Shown in pieces: positions 25,792-34,841 of a DNA stretch of 63,964 nt. The stretch covers positions 1 through 63,964 of the forward strand of contig JANOPQ010000171.1 of the NCBI GenBank assembly GCA_031421935.1. Direction: 5' to 3'. Origin of the DNA: Bacteroidota bacterium. GTDB lineage: Bacteria; Bacteroidota; Bacteroidia; AKYH767-A; OLB10. The notes beneath the pieces are model-generated. The model was not told the origin of the DNA. It saw only the letters and a program-made list of their open reading frames with translations, and ran no database searches. Position 1 is the stretch's first letter; the number at the start of each line of letters is the position of its first letter. Made by a program: the position numbers and the translations under genes.

Positions 25792-26786
25792 GGAAATATA
25801 TAAACTATTTTTTAGGAGTGTTCTTCGTCTTGAGCTTTTCTGCTTGTAAGGAAGCAAATAACTTAGGAAGTATGCAATTCAAATTTACTGGCGTTAGAGA
25901 TACCCTAGTTTATTTAGGTTCGAGTACCTCATTAAACCTAAAAATTTATTTTTTGGGAGGAGAATCGGAATCTGTTGCCTTATCTGTTCTGGGACAAGGA
26001 AATGGCACCACCATTACATTTACGCGCAATAACATAGAACCTGAAGAAGCAAGTTCGATGATTATTACTTCAGTGGCTACAGCTGATACCGGCTTTTTTC
26101 CAATGATATTAAAAGGAGTTACCCCTTCGGGCGGACTTATCACACGTGAATTTATGTTGCATGTTGCCAAGCCCATCAACACACCACCTAGAATAATTTT
26201 GATTGGCTCACCCACCTTCAATGTTACACTAAATACAAGTTATACCGATGCTGGATTTACTGCAGGTGATGAAGAAGATGGTATTATTACCTCGCAAGTG
26301 GTAGTGACAGGAACGGTAAATGTAGATTCGGTGGGATTATATTATATCTCCTATGTAGTAACCGATTCAGAAGGACTAAAAGATAGCGTAGTACGAGTTA
26401 TCAATGTGCGAAATTCATTGAACTATTTGAGTGGCTCACATAATGTAGTAACTACTGATTTATCAAACGGAAGTACCCGAACATGGATCACCACGGTGTC
26501 AGCTTCGGTAAGTGTAAACAACCAAATTAAAATTTTTAAAATATCAGATTGTTTTATGGCGGATCCAATCCTCACTTATGATCCACTAAAAGATTCACTT
26601 TTTATGCCTTCACAAACTTTTACGTGCATCACACCCGTCGATACTTTACCACATACATTTGTTGGAAAAGGAAAGATTATTCAAGGCAGCATCAAGCGAA
26701 TTACCTTGGATTACACCGATTCCTATATTGACAACTTAGGAAATCCGATACTCCTGAACCTAAGAGACGAGTATCAATTATTTTAA
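25788..26786 (+). CDS. lipoprotein with Ig-like DUF5011-type domain
   Basis: Lipobox LSFSAC. The central segment YTDAGFTAGDEEDGIITSQVVVTGTVNVDSVGLYYISYVVTDSEGL fits the DUF5011 pattern. Its start overlaps the peptidase stop (ATGA). Confidence 0.6.
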   Translation: MRKYINYFLGVFFVLSFSACKEANNLGSMQFKFTGVRDTLVYLGSSTSLNLKIYFLGGESESVALSVLGQGNGTTITFTRNNIEPEEASSMIITSVATADTGFFPMILKGVTPSGGLITREFMLHVAKPINTPPRIILIGSPTFNVTLNTSYTDAGFTAGDEEDGIITSQVVVTGTVNVDSVGLYYISYVVTDSEGLKDSVVRVINVRNSLNYLSGSHNVVTTDLSNGSTRTWITTVSASVSVNNQIKIFKISDCFMADPILTYDPLKDSLFMPSQTFTCITPVDTLPHTFVGKGKIIQGSIKRITLDYTDSYIDNLGNPILLNLRDEYQLF

Positions 26787-26795
26787 TAAAATTAT

Positions 26796-27233
26796 TTACG
26801 CATAAAGCATTCGACGCAAATAATTAATTTGTCCATTGTGGTAAGATAGATGTGCTAAAAGATGCGAAAGTGCATCATTCACTTTTACCATTTTTCCTTT
26901 AAAGTCGATGGGGAAAATTTCGTTTTCTTGTTCTTCTGTCATGGATGATAAAGTTGAACGAATCACATTGTGAGCAATTTCAATTTGCTCTAGCACGTAA
27001 TCCTTTGATTGACCTTTCATCGAAAACTCTAGATCTCTGTCTCGTACATATCCTGTATTGCCCAATAAAGCGCCTACAAAATGTTGGAGATTTCCGGCCA
27101 AATGCAAGGCAAGATTTCCTGGAGAATTGGCTACCCCTTTAGGAATCATCCATAAACTTGCATCATTCGGAAAAGCTTCAATTTCCGATTTTAATTGATT
27201 GAGGTGATTTTCAAATTGAAATAGTGCTGCCAT
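26796..27233 (-). CDS. DinB-family protein
   Basis: 145 aa four-helix-bundle pattern with His residues (LALHLAGNLQHF..., HLLAHLSYHNGQI). Confidence 0.7.
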   Translation of the reverse strand: MAALFQFENHLNQLKSEIEAFPNDASLWMIPKGVANSPGNLALHLAGNLQHFVGALLGNTGYVRDRDLEFSMKGQSKDYVLEQIEIAHNVIRSTLSSMTEEQENEIFPIDFKGKMVKVNDALSHLLAHLSYHNGQINYLRRMLYA

Positions 27234-27285
27234 AAATAAGTTGAATAGGAATTGGGGTCGATATTATCATTGAATAAATACACGC

Positions 27286-27582
27286 TTAAAATCCGGGGAT
27301 CATCCCCTTCCCTGCGGATTTCATCTCAGCCTCAAAAACTTTTTCAGCATCGTCCAAGGCACGGTTCATCGCCACTTCAATAAGCTCTTGTACCTCCAAT
27401 TTTTTTTCAGGAAAAAGAAGATGATCGGCTATATCAATAGAAATTAATTTTCTATTTCCATTCATTGTCACTTGAATCTCCTTATCACCAGCAAATCCAA
27501 CTACATGGATTGCATTCAATCGTTCCTTGGCAGCTTCCATATTCTTTTTCAGCTCCCCCATTTTTCCCATTAAATCGAACAT
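27286..27582 (-). CDS. YbaB/EbfC nucleoid-associated protein
   Basis: 98 aa: MGKMGELKKNMEAAKERL...VTMNGNRKLISIDI...IPGF. Confidence 0.8.
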   Translation of the reverse strand: MFDLMGKMGELKKNMEAAKERLNAIHVVGFAGDKEIQVTMNGNRKLISIDIADHLLFPEKKLEVQELIEVAMNRALDDAEKVFEAEMKSAGKGMIPGF

Positions 27583-27777
27583 GATTTCTACAGATTTTAG
27601 GATGCTAAATTAAAAATTAAACTCAGTTTTAATGATCCATTTTGTATGGATTTCAATATAAAACCAATAAATCCATCGACAAAAACAAATAATTTGTCGA
27701 TAAATGCTACATATTATTGTGGATTCAATCTTTTCGTTACATTAGAGCCGAAATATTAACCTAACCTAATTAAATAT

Positions 27778-29451
27778 ATGAGTGTAGACAACGCAAAAAA
27801 GCATCCTAAGGGATTGTGGGTATTATTTGGAACTGAAATGTGGGAACGTTTCAATTTCTATGGGATGCGAGCCATCTTAACCTTATACATGGTAAACTCA
27901 CTCATGATGAGTGAAGAGCGTGCATCGTTAATCTATGGAGCCTTTTTAGGATTATGTTATTTAACACCTATGCTAGGTGGATTCGTTGCTGACCGATTCT
28001 TTGGAAATCGGAATTGTATTATGCTTGGTGGATTGCTTATGGCCATCGGACAATTATTATTATTTACGAGCGCCTCAGTTTTTGGAGATAACCTCGAGCT
28101 TGCAAATAATTTATTATGGGTCGCATTAGGCATCATAATCTTTGGAAATGGATTCTTTAAGCCAAATATCTCTAGTATGGTGGGGAGTCTTTACCCAAAA
28201 CAAGACAAAAATAAATTAGATACAGCCTTTACCATTTTTTACATGGGAATCAATTTAGGGGCCTTTTTAGGTCAGTTAATTTGCCCATTAATTGGTGATG
28301 TAAAAGACATTGATGGTATTCGCGACATTCACGCATTCAAATGGGGATTCTTAGCAGCAGGAATAGCCATGATATTAGGAACGATGGTATTTTATTTCTT
28401 GAAAAATAAATATGTTGTTTCACCTGATGGTAAGGCATTAGGAGGTTTACCAAAAGATAACGATCAATCACTTTACGAAGAAGGTGAATCACAAAAGGCA
28501 GTATTTACCTCAAAAGCTTTAACCGTTGCCTGTTTGGGATTTGTTGTTTTAACATTTATTTTCCTTAATGTATTTGATCAAAACATTATCTATTCCATTA
28601 TCTATGCCAGTGGATTATCGCTTGCCGGACTTATCATTTCAGATTCATCATTAACGAAGGTAGAGAAAGATCGGATCTATGTGATTTACATAGTTGCGTT
28701 TTTCGTCATCTTCTTCTGGGCGGCATTTGAACAAGCTGGATCTTCACTCACATTCATTGCAGATAACCAAACCGATCGAAATTTCTTTGGATGGAACATG
28801 CCTCCATCCATGGTTCAAATATTCAATGGTTTATTTGTAGTTGCGTTTGCTGTTCCATTCAGTATGTTATGGGATAAATTGAGAGCAAAAGGCAAAGAGC
28901 CTATTTCGCCCATGAAACAATCTTTCGGATTAGCATTGATGGCGATGAGTTATTTTATCATTGCACATAATGTAAGCGATTTAGGGAATAGCGGTTTGTT
29001 AGCAATCAAATGGCTAATCTTATTGTATTTGATTCAAACGTGTGCGGAGTTGTGTTTGTCTCCTATCGGTTTATCCTTAGTTGGTAAATTATCTCCTAAA
29101 CGATTCTCTTCTTTATTGTATGGAGTTTTCTTTTTATCAAACGCTGCCGGCTATGCGCTTGCAGGAACATTAGGATCTATTTTACCAGCTACAGGTGATA
29201 AATTTTTAAAGGCACAAGCAGCAGGAATTGATTTGCAAGGCGTATTGGACAAGAAAATAATTCCGACAGGTGAACAATTAGCCTTTCTTGACAAGAATAA
29301 TATCAGAGCTTCAAATCCGATCTTCGCAGGATTCGAAATTCATAATTTATTCGAATTCTTTATGGTGTTTGTGGTGCTAACGGGAGTTGCAGCGGTAGTC
29401 TTGTTTGCATTAACACCGAAACTAAAGAAGATGATGCACGGAGTTAAATAG
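27778..29451 (+). CDS. proton-dependent oligopeptide transporter (POT/PTR2 family)
   Basis: Contains the EMWERFNFYGMR and FYMGINLGAF signatures and multiple TM helices. Confidence 0.9.
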   Translation: MSVDNAKKHPKGLWVLFGTEMWERFNFYGMRAILTLYMVNSLMMSEERASLIYGAFLGLCYLTPMLGGFVADRFFGNRNCIMLGGLLMAIGQLLLFTSASVFGDNLELANNLLWVALGIIIFGNGFFKPNISSMVGSLYPKQDKNKLDTAFTIFYMGINLGAFLGQLICPLIGDVKDIDGIRDIHAFKWGFLAAGIAMILGTMVFYFLKNKYVVSPDGKALGGLPKDNDQSLYEEGESQKAVFTSKALTVACLGFVVLTFIFLNVFDQNIIYSIIYASGLSLAGLIISDSSLTKVEKDRIYVIYIVAFFVIFFWAAFEQAGSSLTFIADNQTDRNFFGWNMPPSMVQIFNGLFVVAFAVPFSMLWDKLRAKGKEPISPMKQSFGLALMAMSYFIIAHNVSDLGNSGLLAIKWLILLYLIQTCAELCLSPIGLSLVGKLSPKRFSSLLYGVFFLSNAAGYALAGTLGSILPATGDKFLKAQAAGIDLQGVLDKKIIPTGEQLAFLDKNNIRASNPIFAGFEIHNLFEFFMVFVVLTGVAAVVLFALTPKLKKMMHGVK

Positions 29452-29653
29452 ATATTAGATGTTAGAGGTTAGAGGTTAGATGTTGGATTTTTTTCTAGTG
29501 TCTAACTTTTCACATTTAATAAAAAAGCATTTCAGAGACTATGAGAAAAAACTAATCTTCAACCTCTAACCTTGAATACCTCATTGTGTTTCTAATGCAA
29601 AGCGAAGCATCCTAAAACCAAAATCTAAAATCCAACATCTAAAATCTAACATC
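29451..29653. repeat. heptad arrays in inverted arrangement filling the inter-POT spacer
   Basis: The forward array is GATATTA GATGTTA GAGGTTA GAGGTTA GATGTTG GATTTTT (29451..29492). A short reverse block lies at 29556..29576. The reverse array at 29607..29653 reads, when reverse-complemented, GATGTTA GATTTTA GATGTTG GATTTTA GATTTTG. TTAGATGTTGGATTTT (29476..29491) and AAAATCCAACATCTAA (29627..29642) form a perfect 16-bp inverted repeat. Confidence 0.85.
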
Positions 29654-31129
29654 TTGCAGCACACTCTCGCCGAAATCCAAGACTTCAAAGGGAAATATCC
29701 TAAGCAACTCTGGTATTTATTCTTCTCTGAAATGTGGGAGCGCTTTTGCTTCTATGGAATGAGAGGCATGCTCACTGTTTTTATGGTGAGTCAATTAATG
29801 ATGAAAGAAGATGTAGCCAATCTGCAGTATGGAGCGACGCAAGCTTTTGTGTATGCTTTTACTTTTATTGGTGGACTCTTCGCCGATAAAATTTTAGGAT
29901 TTAGAAAGTCGCTTTTCTGGGGCGGATTATTGATGATTACCGGATCTTGTATACTTGCATTTAATCCACATGAATTTTTCTTTCTTGGAATCAGTTTTAC
30001 CATCATCGGAACTGGTTTCTTCAAGCCGAATATCTCAACGATGGTTGGTGCATTGTATCATGAGAAAGATAGTCGAAGAGACGCTGGTTTTTCACTCTTC
30101 TATGCAGGAATTAATGTGGGAGCATTGTTAGGAGGTTATGCTTGTATCGCCATCGCAAAAAGTTATTCATGGAATTTAGCATTTGGATTAGCCGCCATTG
30201 TAATGACTATTTCTTTAGTGACATTCGTCTTCACCCAAAAAAGTTTAGGACCGATTGGATTATCTCCATTCAGAAGTAAAGGCATTGAAGGAAAGAAGTG
30301 GATGGAATATGCAACTTATCTTGGTTCTTTAGCGATCATTCCCATCATTATGATCATGGTTTCCAAGACGGAGTACACTGATTATTTTATGTACACCATT
30401 GGACCTGTAGTATTGGTTTATTTATTTTATGAGATGGGAAAGTTTAGTGTCGCTGAACGAAAGAAATTGTTGGGTGCTTTAGTCTTTATTCTCTTCTCCA
30501 TATTATTTTGGGCGTTCTTCGAGCAAAGTGGTGGATCGTTAGCACTTTTCGCAGCCAACAATTTGAATGATACAGTTGCTGGAGTGAAGTTAGATCCTAA
30601 TGGTGTAAACAACGCTGCGAACTCTCTGTTCGTGATCATCTTTGCGCCCTTACTTGGATTACTTTGGGTGTGGTTAAGCAAACGAAATAATGAGCCGAAT
30701 ACAGTAGTAAAATTTGGATTAGGATTTTTATTTTTGGCTTTGGCCTTCTACACTTTTTACGCAACTCGTTTCTTTGCCGGTGCCGATGGAATGACAAGTT
30801 TAGAAATATTTACGTTAGCTTATTTCATTATCACATTTGGTGAGCTTTGCCTTTCTCCTATTGGATTATCCATCATGACTAAACTATCTCCTCAACCCTT
30901 GCAAGGTGTAATGATGGGCATGTGGTTTTTAGCAAGCGCCTATGGTCAATATGTGGCTGGAATCTTAGGTGCAGGAATGGTTTCTCCCAACGATAATGCG
31001 AGTCTTACTGAAAAATTAATCTCTTACACCGATGGATACCAACAATTAGCCATTTATGCATTGGTGACTGGTATCGTCTTAATAGCAATTTCACCATTTG
31101 TCCGTAAATTAATGGGTGATGTAAAATAA
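29654..31129 (+). CDS. proton-dependent oligopeptide transporter (POT/PTR2 family), second copy
   Basis: Contains EMWERFCFYGMR and FYAGINVGAL. The TTG at 29654 is the first canonical start after the in-frame stop at 29573..29575, and it abuts the repeat array. Confidence 0.85.
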   Translation: MQHTLAEIQDFKGKYPKQLWYLFFSEMWERFCFYGMRGMLTVFMVSQLMMKEDVANLQYGATQAFVYAFTFIGGLFADKILGFRKSLFWGGLLMITGSCILAFNPHEFFFLGISFTIIGTGFFKPNISTMVGALYHEKDSRRDAGFSLFYAGINVGALLGGYACIAIAKSYSWNLAFGLAAIVMTISLVTFVFTQKSLGPIGLSPFRSKGIEGKKWMEYATYLGSLAIIPIIMIMVSKTEYTDYFMYTIGPVVLVYLFYEMGKFSVAERKKLLGALVFILFSILFWAFFEQSGGSLALFAANNLNDTVAGVKLDPNGVNNAANSLFVIIFAPLLGLLWVWLSKRNNEPNTVVKFGLGFLFLALAFYTFYATRFFAGADGMTSLEIFTLAYFIITFGELCLSPIGLSIMTKLSPQPLQGVMMGMWFLASAYGQYVAGILGAGMVSPNDNASLTEKLISYTDGYQQLAIYALVTGIVLIAISPFVRKLMGDVK

Positions 31130-31147
31130 TTTCCTTAACTTTAAATT

Positions 31148-31678
31148 ATGAATATTACTAAACACCTTCTTGCGGCTGCAGTCTCGTTAAGCGTTTGTCA
31201 CACCAGTTTAGCACAAACAGAAATCGTAAAAAAAGTTCCCTCAAAAATTGAATGGATCAGTTTTGAGCAAGCAGTTTTTTTGAATGATATGAAACCAAAG
31301 AAAATCTTCATCGACGTTTATACCGATTGGTGCGGATGGTGTAAGCGCATGGATGCAGGCACGTTCACGGATAGTTTAATTTCTAGTTATATTTCTGAAA
31401 ATTATTATGCCGTAAAACTAAATGCAGAAACAAAAGACACCATTCGTTTTCGTGATAAAGTTTTTGTTTTTAAGCCTGAGATGAAAGCAAATGAATTAGC
31501 CATTTCATTGTTAAGTGGTAAAATGGGATATCCTAGCTTTGTCATGATGGATGAAAAGTACGCCATCTTACAACCCCTAAGCGGATACCAAACCACCGAA
31601 GAATTATTACCACTCCTGAAGTTTTACGGAACGAATGCGTATTTGACTACGAAGTGGGAAGAATATTCGAAGAAGTAA
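31148..31678 (+). CDS. thioredoxin-fold protein (DUF255/thioredoxin-like), secreted
   Basis: Signal peptide plus the WCGWCK CxxC motif. Confidence 0.75.
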   Translation: MNITKHLLAAAVSLSVCHTSLAQTEIVKKVPSKIEWISFEQAVFLNDMKPKKIFIDVYTDWCGWCKRMDAGTFTDSLISSYISENYYAVKLNAETKDTIRFRDKVFVFKPEMKANELAISLLSGKMGYPSFVMMDEKYAILQPLSGYQTTEELLPLLKFYGTNAYLTTKWEEYSKK

Positions 31679-31724
31679 CGTATTTATTTTCTTCGAACCT
31701 ATTATTTATCGAACGCAATTGAAA

Positions 31725-31766
31725 AGCTTCTAGCTTCTGGCTGCTAGTTTTTAGTTTTGAGATTTT
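31725..31766 (+). repeat. heptad array AGCTTCT AGCTTCT GGCTGCT AGTTTTT AGTTTTG AGATTTT
   Basis: The first 23 nt are identical to 12092..12114. The shared upstream context GAAAAGCT differs only by one extra heptad at the 12085 locus. Confidence 0.85.
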
Positions 31767-31802
31767 TTAGAGCGAAATTGATATTGCTCCGAATAGAAAT
31801 TT

Positions 31803-31830
31803 TAAGCTGCATGCTTCAAGCTTCAAGGAT
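31803..31830 (+). repeat. heptad array AAGCTGC ATGCTTC AAGCTTC AAGGATG
   Basis: 7-nt register read directly from the sequence. Confidence 0.6.
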
Positions 31831-31883
31831 GATTGTAATTAATTAATATCTGTTCAACACATTTTTTTTGCCATGCATTTAAT

Positions 31884-31979
31884 TTTCGCATTTCGTGTTT
31901 ATTCGCATTTCGCGTATTCGTAAATTCGTAATTCGTACATTCGTATTGATTCGTATCGCGAAGCCTCGCGACGTAACCC
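31884..31979. repeat. TTCG-word array (ATTCGCA/TTTCGTG/ATTCGTA variants)
   Basis: Nine TTCG-centred words at 7-10 nt spacing, ending in CGCGAAGCCTCGCG. On the minus strand the array starts ~3 nt after the stop of the 31982..32770 gene. Confidence 0.75.
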
Positions 31980-31981
31980 TT

Positions 31982-32770
31982 CTAAAAATAAAAATTTAAG
32001 TTTAAACTCCCGCCAGCATTATCGTTATCAAACATAAATGAACTCGACTTCCCTCCTTCTTGTGATTCGGAAGAGGCGCCAACTCCATTCCAACTTTCTG
32101 TTTCCACTTTACTTCGACTCCGAGTTTGAAGTTGTGGTCCCCATCCAAATTCAGCACTGAGACTTGACTTAGCGGCGAAAAAATACTCAACTCCAATGAA
32201 TCCTTTTAAGTGAAATCCAAATGTGTTTCCTGGTTCAATACTTTTTGTTCTGGTACTTTGGTTTTCGCTACTCAATGGATTACCGTATGTTAAAGTGGTT
32301 TTTTCAGTAGCAATGCTAAATAAAATTTCTGCACCGTAAAATCCACGCACGCGTCCCTTTCCACGCCACTTTTGCAAACCACCACCTAATGTAATATTAC
32401 TTGTGTTCACTTTGGTTTCATTAGAAACGGTTTCATTGGGATTGGTACTTCCAATTCGCGCAACCAAGGTGTCGGTTTTAACAACACCAAGACCCAATCG
32501 TATTTTAGATCGAAAAGCAATATTATCTTTTAACATAAAATTGCTCGTGATGGTCAACGGATTTTCCGCTGTAAAATTAGAATTGGGAGAATCATTATCA
32601 CTATCAATTAAATTTCCAACAAATTTCAAAAATGGTACCGCATCAAATCCAATCGACATCTCCCCCTTTTCAGGAGTGATGATAAGTCCCTCTTTATTTT
32701 TAAAGGGTTCTTGTGCTGTAGCGATAAGTGTGATGAAAATAAAACTTAAAATAAGGGTTAGCTTTTTCAT
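31982..32770 (-). CDS. outer-membrane beta-barrel protein
   Basis: It has a signal peptide, alternating hydrophobic beta-strand patterning and a C-terminal ...LNLNFYF. Confidence 0.6.
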   Translation of the reverse strand: MKKLTLILSFIFITLIATAQEPFKNKEGLIITPEKGEMSIGFDAVPFLKFVGNLIDSDNDSPNSNFTAENPLTITSNFMLKDNIAFRSKIRLGLGVVKTDTLVARIGSTNPNETVSNETKVNTSNITLGGGLQKWRGKGRVRGFYGAEILFSIATEKTTLTYGNPLSSENQSTRTKSIEPGNTFGFHLKGFIGVEYFFAAKSSLSAEFGWGPQLQTRSRSKVETESWNGVGASSESQEGGKSSSFMFDNDNAGGSLNLNFYF

Positions 32771-32823
32771 GCAGAGTTGGGTTGAACTTTAGGTTGTGAT
32801 GAGATGAGTGGATATTTGATATA

Positions 32824-33807
32824 TTATTTACTTAAAATATTATTGATTCGCAATAATTCAAGGTCGAGTGGTTCTTGTTCACGGGATGCTTCTGAGAAAG
32901 GGAGAAAATGTTTTTCCCCGTTTCGAATGCCAACCATTCTTCGTGTATCTCCAGAAAGTAATGCTTCTACTGCCCACACGCCGAGCTTAGCTCCTAAAAT
33001 CCGATCGAATGCACTTGGACTTCCTCCGCGTTGAACATGTCCCAGTACGGTGACCTTTGTTTCATAATGGGGCAAACGTTTTTTGAGTTCTTCGGCTACT
33101 TCCGCAGCGCCACCGTTCTTCTCACCTTCTGCAACAAGAATGATGCTGCTGGTTTTTTTATTTCCTTTTCCTTCTTCGAGTTTACTAAATAAAGCATCGA
33201 AGTCGGTAGGTTTTTCAGGGAGAAGAATTTCTTCAGCACCACCTGCCAATCCCGACCAGAGTGCAATACATCCCGAATCTCTACCCATCACTTCAATCAA
33301 AAAACAACGATCGTGAGAAGCTGCGGTATCACGAATTTTATCGACCGCTTCGATGACTGTATTTACGGCTGTATCAAATCCGAGAGTATAATCGGTACCA
33401 CTTAAATCATTATCGATGGTTCCAGGAATTCCCATGATTTTAATATCCGGAAAACGGGTACAAAATGCTTCTGCTCCTTTGAAGGTTCCATCTCCACCAA
33501 TAGCAACGATTCCATCAATTTGATGACGCTTCAAATTTGCATAGGCTTTGTCCATTCCAGCTTCAGTCATAAACTCTTTACTGCGAGCCGTTTTAAGGAT
33601 GGTTCCGCCGCGCTGAATGATATTACTCACCGAACGTGAAGTAAGAGGCTTAAACTCATCTTCAATCATTCCTTGATATCCTCTTAAAATACCATAAACT
33701 CTTAAATCTTGCGACAAAGCAGTGCGCACTACAGCGCGTACACAGGCATTCATACCTGGAGCATCACCACCCGATGTGAATAAAGCAACGCGTTCTATTT
33801 TATTCAT
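32824..33807 (-). CDS. pfkA: ATP-dependent 6-phosphofructokinase
   Basis: Contains GGDAPGMN, GGDGT, PGTIDND, MGR and HVQRGG. Confidence 0.93.
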   Translation of the reverse strand: MNKIERVALFTSGGDAPGMNACVRAVVRTALSQDLRVYGILRGYQGMIEDEFKPLTSRSVSNIIQRGGTILKTARSKEFMTEAGMDKAYANLKRHQIDGIVAIGGDGTFKGAEAFCTRFPDIKIMGIPGTIDNDLSGTDYTLGFDTAVNTVIEAVDKIRDTAASHDRCFLIEVMGRDSGCIALWSGLAGGAEEILLPEKPTDFDALFSKLEEGKGNKKTSSIILVAEGEKNGGAAEVAEELKKRLPHYETKVTVLGHVQRGGSPSAFDRILGAKLGVWAVEALLSGDTRRMVGIRNGEKHFLPFSEASREQEPLDLELLRINNILSK

Positions 33808-33845
33808 AAGAAAACAATGATCATTTTTGCGAAACTAATGCATTA

Positions 33846-34023
33846 ATACCAAATACTAGTATATTTCAGTCCTATCCGCTTCCCGATAGCTATCGGGACT
33901 CTTTTTCACAAATACTTCTTAAAAAAATAGTTCCATAGTCTATGCTATGCAACGATTTTTTTAAATCGTCTTGGCAAAAAAATACGTCGCAGCTTTGAAC
34001 TAAAATATACTAGTATTTGGTAT
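33846..34023. repeat. 178-bp element bounded by 24-bp inverted repeats (MITE-like, or paired operator sites)
   Basis: ATACCAAATACTAGTATATTTCAG (33846..33869) pairs with CTAAAATATACTAGTATTTGGTAT (34000..34023) at 23 of 24 positions. Each arm contains the palindrome ATACTAGTAT. Inside are an 18-bp perfect palindrome TCCCGATAGCTATCGGGA (33881..33898) followed by CTCTTTTT, and a 7-bp hairpin at 33952..33969. Confidence 0.6.
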
Positions 34024-34122
34024 AACGCCAAAGATCCGCGATTAGTATTAAGATCTAACTCTGCTACTGCAGTAAATTATTATTTATCATCAAAATAGTA
34101 TTAATCTATTTATCAACCTAAA

Positions 34123-34668
34123 ATGAAAAATCCCTGGACCACTAAAAGCTCCGAAGTAAAGTATGAAAATCCATGGATAAAAGTCACCGAATCTCAGGTG
34201 ATTAATCCCGCAGGGAATCCTGGAATTTATGGCGTTGTTCATTTTAAAAATCGAGCTATTGCCATCATTCCTCTCGATGAAAACAACAACACATGGATCG
34301 TTGGCCAATACCGTTATACATTAAATACCTACGAATGGGAAGTCCCCGAGGGCGGTTGTCCGGAAGGGGAAGATCCTTTAGAAGCAGCAAAGCGCGAGCT
34401 AGAAGAAGAAGTTGGTTTGCATGCCTCCCATTGGGAAAAAGTAATGGAAATACAATTGAGCAATTCCGTATCGGATGAAATTGGATATACGTTTATAGCA
34501 AGAGGACTGATAGAAGTAGGCAGCTCACCCGAAGAAACCGAACAACTTCAAATTAGAAAGCTTCCGTTCGATGAGTTGGTGGAGATGGTGATGAATGGGG
34601 AAATAAAAGATGGATTGAGTGTGGCGTCGGTGTTGAAGGTGCAGAGGATGTTGGAGGTTGGAGGTTAG
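34123..34668 (+). CDS. NUDIX hydrolase (ADP-ribose pyrophosphatase-like)
   Basis: The Nudix box is GGCPEGEDPLEAAKRELEEEVG. The last ~7 codons and the stop codon lie inside a heptad array. Confidence 0.85.
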   Translation: MKNPWTTKSSEVKYENPWIKVTESQVINPAGNPGIYGVVHFKNRAIAIIPLDENNNTWIVGQYRYTLNTYEWEVPEGGCPEGEDPLEAAKRELEEEVGLHASHWEKVMEIQLSNSVSDEIGYTFIARGLIEVGSSPEETEQLQIRKLPFDELVEMVMNGEIKDGLSVASVLKVQRMLEVGG

Positions 34669-34681
34669 TTGTTGGATTTTT
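34647..34681 (+). repeat. heptad array GATGTTG GAGGTTG GAGGTTA GTTGTTG GATTTTT
   Basis: It matches 29458..29492 at 32 of 35 positions in the same register. T-tract follows. Confidence 0.85.
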
Positions 34682-34722
34682 TTTTCAAATTGGAAAGTAA
34701 TTTTTAATAATGCTCTTTTCAG

Positions 34723-34801
34723 CACTAGAGACACTGGAGGTCACTAAGTGCACTATAGTTTATTCTCTTGTGATCTTTTGTGTTCTCTAGTGCCTCTAGT
34801 G
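34723..34801. repeat. long imperfect hairpin built from CACTAGAG-type words
   Basis: The left arm is CACTAGAG ACACTGGAG GTCACTAAGTG CACTATAG. The right arm is CTCTTGTG ATCTTTTGTG TTCTCTAGTG CCTCTAGTG. The outer 8 bp are perfectly complementary, and roughly 70 percent of the arms pair by hand alignment. Confidence 0.7.
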
Positions 34802-34841
34802 TTTAAAAAGGTAAATCAATGACATAAACACTATACTCATA

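Noticed and set aside
29451-29653. Heptad and word arrays considered as CRISPR arrays
   Set aside because: The period is 7-10 nt with no unique spacers and no cas genes. This is far too short for CRISPR repeats.
33881-33898. The 18-bp palindrome TCCCGATAGCTATCGGGA plus T-run considered as a terminator of a flanking gene
   Set aside because: Both flanking genes (pfkA and NUDIX) are transcribed away from it, so it cannot terminate either. I kept it as part of the inverted-repeat element instead.
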